Source of the DNA: Lama guanicoe
Taxonomy: Eukaryota
Assembly (NCBI GenBank): GCA_013239625.1
Contig: MU053561.1
Location: 2,992,283-3,056,282 of the forward strand
Reading direction: 5' to 3'
DNA length: 64,000 nt
Every line of letters begins with the position of its first letter. The first letter of the stretch is position 1. This document shows positions 35,573-48,371 of this stretch, in pieces. The notes under the pieces are model-generated. The model was not told where the DNA came from and ran no database searches. It worked only from the letters and a program-made list of their open reading frames with translations. The translations under genes were made by a program, and so were the position numbers.

Positions 35573-38139
35573 ATACAAAACAGAAACAGACACATAGACA
35601 TAGAATACAAACTTGTGGTTGCCAGGGGGATGAGGGGTGGGAAGGGACAGACTAGGATTTCAAAATGTAAAATAGATAAACAGGATTGTACTGTGTAGCA
35701 CAGGGAAATATATACAGGATACCGTGGTGGCTCACAGTGAAAGAGAATGTGACAATGAATATATGCATGTTCATGTATAACTGAAAAATTGTGCTCTACA
35801 CTGGAATTTGACACAACATTGTAAAATGACTGTAACTCAATAATAAAAAAGTTAAAAAAAATAGTGAACAGATGAAAATCTGCCTTCATGGGCCTGCATT
35901 CAAGTGGGTGGAGATAGACATTAAACAGGATAAATAAAGTAAGTATGGTGCTAAGGGATATAGAGGAGAATAAAACAAGGAAGAAAGGAGTATCAGAAGT
36001 GGGGAGGAGTGGCCTTGCTGGTAGAACTCTGAGAGGGTGAGAAATGGATCCCTGGGGATGAGCATTCCCAGCAGAGGCCCTGAGGTGAGGGCAGGCCCAC
36101 TGTGGCCACAGAGCAGTAAAGAGGCCCGTTTGCCCAATCAGCCTAAGGTGTGTTTCATTTGGCTCTCACAGGGCTAAACCTTTGTTTTGAGTTTGGATGC
36201 CTTTGGATGGGCATCACTTTATCCACAGGCCCTGCTCTTCCCTATTGTCTTGCACTCATTTGTTTCCTGGCTTTGGGCCTCAGAGATAATTGTGCATTGT
36301 ATGTCGTGGAAGCAATGGAGAGCCACAGGACAGGTGGACAGAGCAAAGGACTTCCAACCCATCTGGTGTGGATGGAGGATCAAGGTCAACCACTCTCCAC
36401 CCCCAGGTTCTTCACCATGGGAAATAACAGTCCACGATCCCAGAGTAGGGTGCTCCCCAGGAAGGGCTGGGGTTGAAGCTTTCCACCAACAAAGAGAAAT
36501 GAGAACTCAGAGTCAGAAGTAAGTGGAGTTATAGAAACCAGATCTTTGTAGACTAAGAGTCACATCCACAAGAATGACCTCTACTAAACCTCTCCTACAT
36601 TCCAGACATCTTTGGACTCTAACCTCTATTTAATCCTCAGCATAACTGCTCAAGCTAGATGTGATTTCTCTACTATTGTTCTCCATTTCTTAGGTGACAA
36701 AGCTGGTTCCCAGAGAGATTCAGTGACTTGCCAAGGTTGTGCAGTGAATTCCTGGTGAAAGTGTATCCAGATCCCATCCATCGGCCTCTAAAGGGTAGGT
36801 TCCTTGTTGTAAACCGTACTGCTTATAGGGATGGAGTCCTGCACCCCATCCCATTGCTACCAGTATTACATAGGGTGCACACACATGAAAATAATCCAGA
36901 TGGTCCTGTCATTGTGGCAAATACTTTATGAACATTCATCTCATATGAGCCTCAAAGCAACTCTGAGTTGGATAGTGCCACTCGATTTTGCAGACAAGGC
37001 AACAGAAGGAGTGACATAGGATGGTGTGCCCCAACTTACACAGCAGCAGGTTAGGGGACTTGAAGCTGGGCCAGTCCTGTCCCAGCACTGCAGCACCTGT
37101 CCTGAGACAGGATTGTAAGCATGAGACCTGTCCACCCAAGCCAAGCTACTTGCCCCAGACTTTTTGCCATATTAGCAAAATGCTACATGATGTATTGCAA
37201 AAAGAAGGCTATAATTCTCCATGCCTCCTAAGTCCGATACCCACTTGCAGCCTTAGATATTTCAATCACAGAATAATTGACAGGTTCACATAATCTAAGA
37301 GCTGGATATGACCCAATAGGCCAGCTACCCACTTACAAATTCACAGCACATAAGGGTTTTCAGTGAAGTGCTACCTCTTGTAACTGACTTGCCAGCTTCC
37401 AGGACCCTGTGCATTCTCTCTGTGAAACGTACTGACTGCTGCTTCCTCGTGGTGGGTTCATTGAATGTGCTGCCAGAGAATGTCCACACCTTCCAGGATG
37501 CCACACACAATGGCATCTACCTGTGGATGTGAATGTCACCTACAGTGAGATGTATTTATTCCTACATCTATTTTATTCGTATCTTAACAAATGTCCCATA
37601 AACTGAGGAAATGTGAATGCAAAAGAAAGAGAATGATTGCTTCTTTAGGAACCAAGTTGACAGTTTTGGAGAGACAGTAAAGGAGAGATCCCAAAATAAG
37701 ATCATTGTTGAATTGGGTGTAGGCAAGGCAACGGAATAGATTAGGGATGAAGCATAATATCTAGAGGTTCCTGTACTAAAGTTGTTTTCCAGGTCTCTAA
37801 GTTCTCCCTCCTCTCTACAGAAACTGAGATTAGAAATTGTAGACAAAGCATTAAGGTTGTGATTTTTGTACAAAAGGCAGGGTGGGGTGGACTCCCAACA
37901 CCCCAAACAGACTTATTCTCAGTGAAAAGATCTTGGCTCTATGTCAAACTATTGGTGAAGGAACAAACATTTGGATGTTACAGATTAACAAAGATGTTTA
38001 AGATATGTATACATAATTTAAAATGTTCTTCTTGCATCTACTCACATACGTATTTTTCCATTAATACATAAATGTGATTGTTATGTATTTGTAGTTTTAA
38101 TGTCAATGCAGTCTTTATTTTCCCTTACTTTTTTTTAAT

Positions 38140-38470
38140 GATGCAATTTTTTAAATTGAAGTATAGTCAGTTTACAATGTTGTGTCAATTTCTGGTGTAC
38201 AGCATAATATTTCACTTCACACATACACATACATATATTCGTTCTCATATTCTTTTTCATTAAAGGTTACTACAAGATATTCAGTATAGTTCCCTGTGCT
38301 ATACAGTAGAAACCTGTTTACCTATTTTATACATAGTAGTTAGTATCTGCAAATCCTGAACTCCTAATTTACCCCTTCCCACCCCTTTTCCCCGCTGGTA
38401 ACCATAAGTTTGTTTCCTATGTCTGTGACCCTGTTTCTGCTTTGTAAGTAAGTTCATTTCTTTTTCTTTT
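38140..38470 (-). mobile_element. L1 3' fragment nested in an older L1M relic (~37950-39270)
   Basis: ttttaaattgaagtatagtcagtttacaatg..tagttccctgtgctatacagtag..ggtaaccataagtttgttt. Confidence 0.8.
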
Positions 38471-41027
38471 CTTCTGATTGGGTCCTCTCTCCCTTCCCCA
38501 TCCCTCTCCTGCCACATGACTGTCCTTCCCTCAAAAACCATGATGACCACTGGGTCTGGATGCTGCCATGTTTTTCTCCACGTTCACGTGTGTTGGCGCC
38601 CATGCACAATGGGGGTGGTGATGGTGGCATTATTTCTCCTTTAAAATGGGACAATTTTATAAGCAGTGTCCTGCACTCTGCTTTTTCTTCTCAATTATTC
38701 TTGATAATCCCTATGAGTCACCTGATATAGCTCCAATTGATTCTTCTTAATGGCTACGGAATATTCCCTGGCACGTCCTAATATATTCAACAGTACCCTT
38801 TTTGAAGGACATTTTCTCCATTTTGTTTGTTTTCCACCATAAACAACAATTCATTCTCCATCCTTATGCACATAGCCACACATTCTGGTATTTTTATTTT
38901 TATGGGATAGATTCCCAGGAGTGGAACTGCTAGGTCAAAAGGTATACGTATTTTTAATTTTAGTTTTAATAGACGTTGCCACATTGCTTTCTAAAAAAAA
39001 GGCTGTGGAATCCAAGAGCAATGATTAAAGTAACCTTTTCCTCTGCATCCCCAGCAGCAATGGGTATTATCGCTGTCTCAGAATTTTGATCATTCTGATA
39101 GAAGTAAAGAGGTAGCTCCCTGCTACTTAAATTTATATTTCCCTGATTACTGGAGTCTGAAATCTTTTGATACGGTTTTTATCTTCTGGACGTGCTCTTC
39201 TGTGAATTGTCTATTTGCATCCTTTACAAATTTGCATTCTTTTTTAAAAAAGATAATTTATTGCTTCAATTAATTTTTGCAGCTAGTCCATCAGTTTTCA
39301 TTTCCTGTCCTGTTGGATAAGACTGAAAAGTGTAAACATTATCTATATGTTGCAATCATAAACCTTTTAAGATGAACGGAGAACATGAAAGCTGCAAAGG
39401 GCTATGAAAAACATGGTCTGGAAGAGGTCAGAACCAAAGGCAAAAGGAAGGATGAAATAAGAAACCAGGATGCTTAAGGAGAGAGAAATAATGTAGCCCC
39501 ATGGTGCTCTAATTGGTACGTAGTGAAAAAACACAGTAAAGTCAAGTGCTCAGGAGAGATGCACATTCACACGTGTGTGCACGCATTTACACACACACAG
39601 TCATTCATAGAACATTTGCTATGTGCCATGCTCTGTGCTAAGTGCATTGCCTGCTGCGTCTTACCCCTCACTGGGAGGCAGGTGGTACTATTATCCTCAT
39701 TAGACAGATGGAAAAACAAAGGTTCATAGAAGCGTAGTAGCATGGTTAAAATTGCATTTCTACGAAGTGTTAGAACCAGGATTTGGACCCAGGTCTGCTT
39801 GACCCCAAAACCTTAGCTAATGGATGACTGGACTGGAGAACGATCCGGGAGCTAACAGTGTGGACAAAGCTGGCATCAAAAAACTTGGGCCTACACTGGG
39901 GTTCCAAGCTGGGCCAGGAAGGGGTCACCAGGCACGTGGGGCGAAGTCAAAAAGCTGAAGCCTGGGTGGGGTTGTTTCCTGAGGAGCTGGTGTGGTCAGG
40001 AGGGCGACACGGGGAGGTTTTCATTCCTGGGAGAGTGACTGGGGCCCTGAGCTGGGGCAGGCAGGGCAGGCAGGGCAGGCAGGCGCCACTGAACCCGACC
40101 GGATGTAAGCACCAGCCAGATGAAGTGACTCACCCACCCTGGGGTCACGCCACACCCGCCCAGCTGTAACCACCAGCAAAGTGAATGTCACTGCAAGTTG
40201 AAGGATGTGCATATTAAGGAACTATTATTGGCTCGAGGCCCTGGAGAGAAAGGAGGGCCTTGTTCGCACTGACTTCACAAGTGCTTTGACAGAAGGCCCT
40301 CCCCTTGCCGCAGCCCCTGGGTGTGGAGAATCCCATAGTACAGAAGACTGAAGGGCCAGAGGAGCCACGGTGGCGAGACGAGTCGCAGAGCTGGGGAAGA
40401 ATTCTCAGTGGGGGCTGCAGGGGCATGGCCTCTGGCGAGTCCTGGAGGGTCCCGGGCCTGGTCCCTAAGGATAATGCCACTCTCCCCCATCTCACAGCGG
40501 GTGAGTGAAATCACTGTAAAACTTCAAGGCACTAGGTACGTAGCACCATTTGTGAAGGGCTGGAGTGGCAATGCTAGAAAAGCCTTGGCTAGCTATGGGA
40601 AGCCGGAGAGACCCCCCGACCCCAGGTGGATGGTGAGGCTGGTTCCATTCCAGCCAGAATGAGCGGTGAGAGGGCCCTGGCTGCAGTCTCTCCCCACACC
40701 GCCAAGAATAGGAGGATGTTAAATAGACCACATAATCGTGGGGCTGCCCGGAGCACCCACTAAGTTAAATCCTCTCCCAGTGGACTTCTCCCCCAGAGCA
40801 TCTGCCCTGGAGATGTCTCTTGGAATCTATGAAAAGACTCTTTAGGGTTGGATCCAGCAGACAGAGTTTCAGATCTCAGTTCTATTTCTGAGCTGAAGCT
40901 ATCCCTGACTTCCTCTCTGCTGCACTAGCAGAGCAGCATTAGCTGTTCATGTGGTTGTTGCGAAAACATGAATGTATGGGAGAGGAGGGCAAAATACGTT
41001 TGGTGCTCGATAAATACTGATGAATTT

Positions 41028-41640
41028 CTTTTTTTTTCTTATTATTAATCAATTTTTCAGTTTTATTGAGGTATAATTGACAAATAAAATTATAAGATAT
41101 TTAAAGCATGTGATAGAATTTCTCCCATCAAGTTAATTATCACATCCATCAACTCACATATGTATCTTTTTTTTTTTTGGTGAGAAACTTAGAACAAGTT
41201 CTACTCTCTTAACAAATTTCAATTATACAATACAGTGTCATCAACTATAGTTCCCATGTTATACATTATAATTAGACTTTATTCATCTTATAACTGAAAG
41301 TTTGTACCTTTATAACAGCCTCTTTCTATTTCATGCACCCACCAGCACCCAGCCACTGGCAACCACCTTTTTACTCTATTTCTGTGAGTCTGATTTTTTT
41401 TTTTTAAGATTCCACGTGTAAGTGATACTGTGCAAGTGTTTGGCTTATTTCACTTAGCATAATGAGCTCCAGGTTTATCCATGTCTTGCAAATGTCACAA
41501 CTTCCTTCCTTTTAAAGGCTGAATAATACCCTATCGTGTGTGTATGCTGTATGTGATCACATCTCTTCATCCGTTCATCTGTCGATAGATACGTAGGTTG
41601 TGTCTGTACCTTGGCTGTTGTGAGTGAGGAACATGGGAGT
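41028..41640 (-). mobile_element. L1 3' fragment
   Basis: ttttattgaggtataattgacaaataaaat..agattccacgtgtaagtga..; flanked on both sides by tgatgaattt. Confidence 0.8.
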
Positions 41641-42507
41641 ACTTGATGAATTTGGATTCACAGTGTAACTCCATTCTCCACTTTGATTCCCCACCCCCTA
41701 GTGGGAGGAGGGGGCGTGTGCATGGAAGGAAGAGGACAGATGATTTGTAGGAATTCTACCAGGTACTGGGCTAGGTGCTCCCTCTATGGAAACTCCTCTC
41801 ACCTCTCAGCCACCCTGTGAGGTGCATGTCAGTGTCCTCTTTATACACACAAGGCAGCTTGGGCTCAGGGAGGGTCAGCTGTCTACCCCAGTTCTGACCT
41901 TTTGAACCTGGGCCTGACACCAAAACCTGTGCCCTTTAGATAACACAGCACCCACAATCTATTCGAATCTGCAGTGATTTTTCTCACCAACAGTGTGAGA
42001 AAATCTCAGTGTGCAAAACACATGCCAGTGAGACAAGTTTCAAACACCGTCTCCTGCTGCTCAGTGACCCTGTGGTCGGTCACCTGTTAAGTCATCTCTG
42101 AGATGACTCCTGATTGCTCCTGTCCTTGTTCTTACCGCTCTCACCTGCATCCCAGGCTTAGGCTGGAGAAGCGTAAAACCATACAGTATAAGAAGCTGTC
42201 CCATCCAGCCCCTCCCTCGAGAGGGCAGGAAACTGAACTCTGGGACAAGTGCCCAAAGTCACCCGGTGAGAGGCCTGAGCTCCTGAGGGCCAGCCCTGTG
42301 CCCTTCCCTGAGTCCCCCTTCTCCCCTCTCTGTGCCCCTGTCCCAGAAGCACGTGTCAGAGACACACTCTGAAGATGGGGATGCATCACTGCATTTTCCT
42401 TTGAACTGGACAGCTGGCCCACTGGACCACCACTTCCTGCTTCCAGATCTAGGACAGCTGATTGCTGAGAAATTAGTTCCATAGAGAGTGGAAAAAAAAA
42501 TTGCTAA

Positions 42508-43727
42508 TGTTGACTGGAAAGGAATGCACAACCTAAAAGTTGAGAATTGTTTTATTTGGTGGACTTTCTGAGGACTTCAAGCTTCGGAGGCAGCCTCTCA
42601 GATAGCTCTGAGGGAGTGCTCTGAAGAGGTAGGGGAGGGCCAGGATATATAGGAGTTTTTGCAATAAAGACTAAGTAGTCAGAACTTCAAAAGATTACTG
42701 TTAATTAAAGAAAACCAAATTATCTCAAGTTAAGGGATTTAGTGCTTTTCTGTACACAGGAAGGTGTAAGAGTGTGTTACCAAACTCAGGTTCGACTGCT
42801 TACCAACTCAAAAATCAACACTCAAGAGAGTCAATGTTGATAGAAAGGAAAGTTGCCTTTAATCAGAATGCTGGCTGTCTGGAGAGATGGTGGACTCAGT
42901 CTCCCCAAAAACCGTCTCCAAAGATTCTGCTCAGCCATGAAAGTTTTAAAGGGAAAACGAGGTCATCTCAGTTGATCATTAAGATAAGGGGGTCAGAGTC
43001 GTTGCCTCCCACCTCCCACTGCACGCAGGCTTGTCCACACCTTGTGAACTTTCCTTAGCTGGAATCTTATTCACACAGTTTGAGAGATTGCTGAAGGGGA
43101 AGCTAGGGAAGAAATCTGGTCTTTTGTTAGTTACTTACTCTCTGTTTCTACTTCTTCAATCTATGCAGAAAACCAGCGAGTGAGGCAAGGTATTCTGTGA
43201 TGGAAAGATTTGAAAAGGATGGAGATGCCTGACCCAAAGTTAGTCACAATGTAGCTTTGCTCAAGTGATGAGGCAAAAGGGGTTTCCTGCTGAGGGTGGT
43301 TTCCTGCAGAGATGCTTACAAATCCCCTCATCAGGTATCATTCCATTTCTATGGGATTATGGGTGAGGGTCTGTCTTCTGTAACTGCTTCATGCTGAGAA
43401 AGGGCATGATGTCTTAGGGTGAAATACATCCACATGGGGTTGAAGCATCTCTTTGCTGACAGTTTTAGTTGCCCACTTACACATAGGGGCAGAGCAAGCT
43501 ACAATTATTTTGATGCTGTGGAGATACAGATTATTACTGGCAATAAAGTTAACCCCATTCTCCTGAGGCCACTTCTTGGAATTGTGCTGGCTGTAGACTC
43601 AGTGCCGCTCAAGGTGGATCAGCTTATGTCATGGCCGCAGTCTGGTCATAATGCAATTGGCTTTTGCCCTTTGGTAGCAGTTACAGTATCTATAAAACAA
43701 CTCAGGAATGTACATCAGACACTAAGT
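42508..43727 (-). mobile_element. Nested ERV1-type LTR and internal fragments: partial LTR ~42508-42774, complete LTR 42775-43320, adjacent internal sequence
   Basis: The inner LTR has TG...CA ends (tgttacc..gcttaca). It is followed by aatcccctcatc, which is a minus-strand polypurine tract gatgaggggat abutting the LTR start. Confidence 0.65.
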
Positions 43728-44456
43728 CTAGGAATAGACTTACCATATGACCCAGTAATCCCACTCCTGGGCATATATCCAGAAGCAACCCTACTTCAAA
43801 AAGACACCTGCACGCCAATGTTCATAGCAGCACTATTTACAACAGCCAAGACATGGAAACAGCCTAAATGTCCAACAACAGGTGACTGAATAAAGAAGAT
43901 GTGGTATCTTTATACAATGGAATACTACTCAGCCATAAAAATGACAGCATAATGCCATTTGCAGCAACATGGCTGTCCCTGGAGAATGTCATTCTAAGTG
44001 AAGTAAGCCAAAAAGAGAAAGAAAAATACCATATGAGATTGCTCATATGTGGAATCTAAAAAAGAAAGAAAGAGAGAGAGAGAGANNNNNNNNNNNNNNN
44101 NNNNNNNNNNNNNNNNNNNNNNNNNNNNNNNNNNNNNNNNNNNNNNNNNNNNNNNNNNNNNNNNNNNNNNNNNNNNNNNNNNNNNNNNNNNNNNNNNNNN
44201 NNNNNNNNNNNNNNNNNNNNNNNNNNNNNNNNNNNNNNNNNNNNNNNNNNNNNNNNNNNNNNNNNNNNNNNNNNNNNNTACTGTATAGGGACATATACAC
44301 AAGATCTTGTGGTAGCTCACAGTGAAAAAGAATGCGACAATGAATATATGTATGTTCATGTATAACTGAAAAATTGTGCTCTACACTGGAATTTGACACA
44401 ACATTGTAAACTGACTATAACTCAATAAGAATTTTTAATTAAAAAGTAAAAAAAAG
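43728..44456 (+). mobile_element. 5'-truncated young L1 spanning the assembly gap
   Basis: ctaggaatagacttaccatatgaccc... matches 35225 onward; [18 protein letters not shown]-rich tail. Confidence 0.9.
44086..44278. other. Assembly gap (193 N)
   Basis: Run of N preceded by a (GA)n repeat. Confidence 0.99.
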
Positions 44457-45956
44457 AATTTGCTCAGGAATATGATATGTTGGACTTAAAAAATCTATTC
44501 TTGCACTGACTGTCTGCAGGACTCTGGGATGCTCAGTCTCTGGACCTGTTTCCTCATCTGTAAATGGGGGAGAATAACATGTCTTTGGCAGGTCTCATGT
44601 CAGAATCAACCCAGTAGTGTCCCTTACAGGGTTTTGCACATTTGAAGGGCATAACAGACAGTCACTTTTCTTCTTGGAAGGTCATGGCAGACGGTCACTT
44701 TTCTTCCTCCAGCAGACTGATTACCCCAGGTCTTACACCCCAGCTAGGTGCAGCCATGGTGGCCCAGGAACCCACCTGGAGGAGACCCAGGGGTCTGCTC
44801 TGGTGTGGTCAGCACCTCTCTGCCCTTTCATGTGACAAAGTGACCCCAGCTGCAGCCTGATTCTGCTGCACCAGCTCCATCGGGAGCCAGGCCAGGCTTG
44901 TCTCCAAAGCCGTAATAATTTTCAGAGTGCAATTATTCATCACAGCCCGAAAAGGCCCGCAGAGGCCTCAGAGCACAGAATAATGGAAAGGAAAAGAAAT
45001 GTGTCTTGGAAATGTGGGCCCAACTTTCTGCTGTGTCACTGACTAGCTCCATGACCTTGGGCAAATCATTTAGATTGTATGCTTCAACTCTAGAAAGGTA
45101 TTGGAAATTCCTCCCTTCCCTCCTGCCTTGGCCACCACTTTCCTGCAACAAATGTGAATTAGGCATCTAGGCACGAGGGATACCAAAGTGAACAGGAACA
45201 GGTAAAGTCCCTCCGTGATGGCGTCACTGAACGTACCGTCTGATGAGGCACGGGTATGGTAAGTCAATGAAAGCAAAATTCTGTCCCTGAGGAGTGCGCA
45301 TAGGGGAGGGTCATGGTACCTGCATGAGGCTAATGGTGCGATCGACCTAGTCAGGGAGGCCAGGGAATGCTTTCTGATCAGGTCATGACTGAACGGAGAT
45401 CTGAAGGACAAGGAGGCAGTCACTGGCCAACAGGAGGTGGAAGAGATGTCCAGGCAGAGGGGAGGGTCAGTGGAAAGACCCGGCGGTAGTAGGGGACAAA
45501 GCAGTGTTGGAGGGACTGGAAGAAAGCAGTGGGAATGGTGGGTGGAGAGTGGGGTGGGGAGGTGCGGGAGGCAGGTACGGGGACAGAAGGGTCTTTTAGG
45601 CTTTGCTGAGGATTTTGTCTTTCGTCTTCTAAGAGTGATGGGAACCCCTGGGATGGTTTTAAAAGGAGGGGATGGACACTCAGTAAGTCATTGTTGGAAA
45701 AATGTCAAAGTCCACTAGCACTTTATCTCCCCATTCATTTATCTGATTCAGTTGTCAGCCATTTAGCAAGAGCTTGAAAATTTGGGACATAGGAGACATT
45801 CTGATAGACAAAGGGCATAGGGAAGATGTGGAAGGTGAGGTGATGTCTCAGAGTTCAGGCCTAGAGACTGTGTCACAGTGAAGTCCCTGAGCCTCTTGCT
45901 GGGAGCTCAGGGCACTGGGGATATGGCATGAAAAGGGGGTTAAGATAGGTGTCCTG

Positions 45957-46592
45957 AGTTACCATATGACCCAGCAATCCCACTTCTGGGTATGTATCCA
46001 GAGGAGACTCTAATTCAGAAAGATACATGTGCCCCAATGTTCATAGCAGCACTATTTACAGTAGCTAAGACACGGAAACAACTTAAATGTCCTTCAACAG
46101 ATGACTGGATAAAGAAGTTGTGATATATTTATACAATGGAATACTACTCAGCCATAAAAATGAAATAATGCCATTTGCAGCAACATGGATGGACCTAGAG
46201 ATTATCATATTAAATGAAGTCAGAAAGAGAAAGACAAATAGCATATGCTATCACTTTTATGTGGAACCGAAAAAATGACAGAAGTGAACTTCCTAACAAA
46301 ACAGAAACAGACTCACAGACATAGAAAACAAACTTATGATTACCAAAGGGGAAAAGGGGTGGGGCAAGGGATAAGTTAGGAGTTTGGGGTTAACAGATAT
46401 AAGTTTCTATATACAAAATAGATAAACAACAAAGTCTTGCTGTAGAGCACAGGGAACTATATTCAATAGCATGCAATAACCTATAATGAAAAAGAATACG
46501 AAAAAGAATATATATATGTATAACTGAATCATTATGCTGTACACCAGAAACTAACACAACTTGTAAATCAATTATACGTCTATTAAAAAAAA
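45957..46592 (+). mobile_element. 5'-truncated L1
   Basis: agttaccatatgacccagcaatcccacttctggg...tctattaaaaaaa; degenerate TSD ag(g/a)tgtcctga. Confidence 0.88.
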
Positions 46593-46689
46593 ACCAACAG
46601 ATGTCCTGATGAAGAGAGGGGAATAGTCCAGGGTCTTTAACACCAAAGATACTCAGCCTACTTCCTAACTGGGATCAGGGCTAGCCATT

Positions 46690-46993
46690 TTATTTTTTAG
46701 GTATATTTATTTATTTATTTAAATTGAAGTATAGTCAGTTACAATGTGTCAATTTCTGGTGTACAGCATAATGTCCCAGTCATGCATATATATAAATATG
46801 TTCATTTTCATATTCTTTTTCATTAAAGGTTATTAAAATATTGAATATAGTTCCCTGTGCTAGACAGAAGAAATCTGTTTTTTATCTATTTTTATATATA
46901 GTGGTTAACATTTGCAAATCTCAAACTCCCAAATTTATTTCTTCCCACTCCATTTACCCCGGTAACCATAAGATTATTTACTATATCTGTGAG
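46690..46993 (-). mobile_element. Short L1 3' end with a perfect TSD
   Basis: TSD tcagggctagccatt at 46675-46689 and 46994-47008. Confidence 0.9.
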
Positions 46994-47761
46994 TCAGGGC
47001 TAGCCATTCTTGAAAACATTATGTGGAGAGAGAGAGGAAAACCTAGTGATTGTATGGGGACTTTATTGAGCCAGCCACACCCCCTAAACCAGTGGGAAGA
47101 GCCATTATCTTACAATACAAAATACGTATGTCCATAACTGAACTTCAGTTCAACCCTCTGGCTCATAAAGCTATTTTAGGTCTCTGTAACCTGACTTTCC
47201 ACTGTCTCATGGAATTCAGTCCAGGTCTGACTGCGGCCTGACCACAGCAGTTAATTGCATGGGGTAGATACTTGCTGTTTGATCCCAGGCAAGTTGCTTA
47301 GGGATTTTGAACCCCAGTTTCCACTTCCTTGAATTGGGAATAATGCTACCTACTTCACTGGGTTAAATGAAAGAATATATGTGCTTAGCAAGGTGCGTGG
47401 CCCATGACAGCTATCATTCTGGCAGTTACCCTGCATGTGCGATGTCACTGTACAGCTGCTGGAGAGACCAGGAAGGCCATGTAGTCAGTAGCAGGGCACG
47501 TGGTAAGAGACAGTAGGGAACAGTGATGACTGTGGCAAACTGGAGACTCCTTCAAAGGGGATGGCAGCCCCTCAGCTTCAACCACTGGTTTCAACACTTA
47601 GAACCGGTATTGTCCAACTTTTCCAGAAATACTGGGAATCCTAATTTATAATTTTGGTATTCAGTTCCCAATCAAAAAAATCCACAACCAATAGCAACAA
47701 CCCAGACTAACAACATCATGAGACACACAAAACAGGTCCTGGAGAAAAGTTAGACTGAAGG

Positions 47762-48371
47762 TGTTGCTGGTGAGTAGGTTCTTGTGTTGTCGCAGAAAGA
47801 ATTCAGAGACGAGACACACACAGGTCAAGAAAGTAAAGAGACGATTTATTAAAGGGTAGACAGTACACTCTCAAGGGGAGAGCAGTCAGGCTCAGGTGAG
47901 TAGCTGCCCTGAGTTTCATTGGCAAGCTGGTTATATGTGATGTAAAAATGAATTGGCAGAATATTCACTGGGGAAGGAGGGGTTTGGAGTCGTATTCCCT
48001 GATTTTCATCCAAATGCCACCTTTCCGTGGGGAGGAAAGATTTTTGTGCTTTTTCAGTCTTAATTGGAAGTGTCATGGCACCAATGCATGATGGGTACTT
48101 CTAATCTGCAAGGCTAATTTTATTGTAATGATGGCATAATGAGCAAAAGGTTACATTTGGACACTGGAGAGTCCTGCCTTTTCCCACCTTCCTTTGTCTG
48201 CCTCCAGGACAATTGTCACCCTAAGATATGTGATTTCTTATCAGTCCAGAGGTTCCTGCTTTTCTCTGTCCACCCAGGGACCCCCCATTATTTACAAGAT
48301 GTATGGGTTCCTGCCATTTGGCCCCTGTCCCCCTTTCTCTGCTCCTGTCTACCTGTCTGCCTGCTCTCACA
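47762..48371 (-). mobile_element. Solo ERV1-class LTR (610 bp)
   Basis: TG...CA termini, 4-bp TSD aagg (47758-47761 and 48372-48375), minus-strand AATAAA (tttatt near 47845). Confidence 0.8.

Larger units (their letters stand above)
28128..35859 (+). mobile_element. Full-length, inactivated LINE-1 inserted into an L2 element
   Basis: CpG-rich 5'UTR starting with a YY1 site (caagatggcgg, 28136-28146), ORF1, spacer, ORF2 (EN, RT, C-terminal region), 3'UTR and A tail. TSD aatagtaaacagatga at 28112-28127 versus aatagtgaacagatga at 35860-35875. L2 sequence resumes after the second TSD copy. Confidence 0.96.

Noticed and set aside
31806..35889. Hydrophobic minus-strand ORFs (178, 119, 192, 155 aa)
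   Set aside because: Antisense shadows of the A-rich L1 ORF2 and 3'UTR.
43994..44399. ORFs containing X runs
   Set aside because: Artefacts of translating through the N gap.
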